In this document: positions 62,441-64,000 of the stretch, piece by piece
Numbering within the stretch: position 1 is the first letter of the stretch
Layout: the number at the start of each line of letters is the position of its first letter
NCBI GenBank assembly: GCA_963792235.1
Contig: CAWBVR010000005.1
Coordinates: 70,980-134,979 of the forward strand
DNA length: 64,000 bases
Reading direction: 5' to 3'
Origin: Vulcanimicrobiota bacterium
Lineage (GTDB): Bacteria; Vulcanimicrobiota; Vulcanimicrobiia; Vulcanimicrobiales; Vulcanimicrobiaceae
Notes under the pieces: generated by a model
What the model saw: the letters and a program-made list of their open reading frames with translations, nothing else
Told to the model about the DNA's origin: nothing
The model's database searches: none
Position numbers and translations under genes: made by a program

Positions 62441-62748
62441 TGGAAGCCCGCGACGTCATCATCGCTCCGCTGATCACCGAGAAATCGATGGCCGGTACGG
62501 TGATCCACCAGTACGCCTTCGAAGTGAACAAGCACGCCACGAAGACGCAGATCAAGTCCGCGGTCGCCGAGATCTTCGGCGTCACCGTGATCAAGATCAA
62601 CACCGTCACCGTCGGCGGCAAGAAGAAGAACTTCGCGCGCAAGGGCAAGCGCTCCAGCGGCATGCAGTCCGACTGGAAAAAAGCCATCGTCACCCTCGCT
62701 GCCGGCCAGAAGATCCAACTGGGCGGCGTGAACTACTTCGAGCAGTAG
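62440..62748 (+). CDS. rplW: 50S ribosomal protein L23
   Basis: [23 protein letters not shown]. Confidence 0.93.
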   Translation: MEARDVIIAPLITEKSMAGTVIHQYAFEVNKHATKTQIKSAVAEIFGVTVIKINTVTVGGKKKNFARKGKRSSGMQSDWKKAIVTLAAGQKIQLGGVNYFEQ

Positions 62749-62847
62749 ATGATGACTTTCGAGACATTTATCAGCAACATCGAGCCGGTTACGGCGGCGC
62801 CACGTGTGGCGCTCGTCCTGCGTTGCGGCCCGAAGGGACGCAACTAA
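62749..62847 (+). CDS. Putative 32-aa small ORF between rplW and rplB
   Basis: ATG directly after the rplW TAG; TAA one base before the rplB ATG. Confidence 0.4.
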   Translation: MMTFETFISNIEPVTAAPRVALVLRCGPKGRN

Positions 62848-62848
62848 C

Positions 62849-63678
<830 letters not shown>

Positions 63679-63955
63679 ATGGGTCGTTCACTGAAAAAGG
63701 GTCCGTTCGTCGCGGAGCACCTGATGGTCAAAGTCGAGAAGATGAACGCGTCGCGCGAGAAGCGGGTCATCAAGACCTGGTCGCGCTCGTCGACGATCAT
63801 CCCGGCGATGGTCGGTCACACGATCTCGGTCCACAACGGCCGCGCGCACATCCCCGTGTTCATCACCGAGAACATGGTCGGGCACAAGCTCGGCGAGTTC
63901 TCGCCCGACGCGCACGTTTAAGGGCCACGCGGGCGACAAGGCGAAAGTATCATGA
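63679..63955 (+). CDS. rpsS: 30S ribosomal protein S19 (frameshift near 63906)
   Basis: [27 protein letters not shown]. Confidence 0.93.
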
Positions 63956-64000
63956 GCGCCGCCGTCGCTACCGAAAGAACGCAAGCCGTCGCGCATCTGA
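63952..64000 (+). CDS. rplV: 50S ribosomal protein L22, N-terminal fragment
   Basis: ATGA overlap after rpsS, canonical gene order; only 16 codons visible. Confidence 0.6.
   Translation, partial: MSAAVATERTQAVAHL

Noticed and set aside
61045-62748. 567-aa L3-L4-L23 polyprotein ORF
   Set aside because: Artefact of two indels; individual stops and starts (TAATG at 61778, TAGTG at 62438) are present

Overview
A GC-rich (roughly 70% by eye) bacterial chromosomal window. The gene set (Wza/TonB-dependent outer-membrane proteins, cyanobacterial-type cruF/cruG, S12 with a long N-terminal insertion, Pro/Thr-rich secreted proteins) suggests a diderm soil bacterium, probably Eremiobacterota/WPS-2; this is inference. 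From left to right: (1) 0.2-14.6 kb exopolysaccharide locus (GT4/GT2 glycosyltransferases, CelD/BcsL-type GNAT, ABC-2 exporter, VanZ, wza, wzc) with three LuxR/NarL-type regulators; (2) a cruG-cruF-acyltransferase-hydrolase carotenoid tailoring operon; (3) recQ, a TonB-dependent receptor with a two-component system, and a ferritin-like protein; (4) a ~5 kb lower-GC island inserted in the 3' end of a DNA-3-methyladenine glycosylase (tag) gene, supplying a replacement C-terminus; (5) a thioredoxin-fold gene with an in-frame UGA in a UxxC motif and a SECIS-like hairpin (probable selenoprotein, split by the ORF track); (6) MFS, GGDEF and TonB-C genes, then a PLP-decarboxylase/GT2/YqcI-YcgG(GntA-like)/DUF1989 cluster; (7) rpsL-rpsG-fusA-tuf-rpsJ, separated by ~15.5 kb from rplC-rplD-rplW-rplB-rpsS-rplV. 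The intervening DNA carries a CP-ATP-grasp/alpha-E/transglutaminase system, acyl-CoA dehydrogenase, an M16 peptidase pair, Uma2, a NadQ-type regulator with its operator in front of a NiaP-like transporter, and katE. Many short frameshifts, including in essential genes (fusA, rplC, rplD, rplB, rpsS), indicate consensus sequencing errors that become denser toward the right end. No rRNA, tRNA, CRISPR array, integrase or transposase was recognised.
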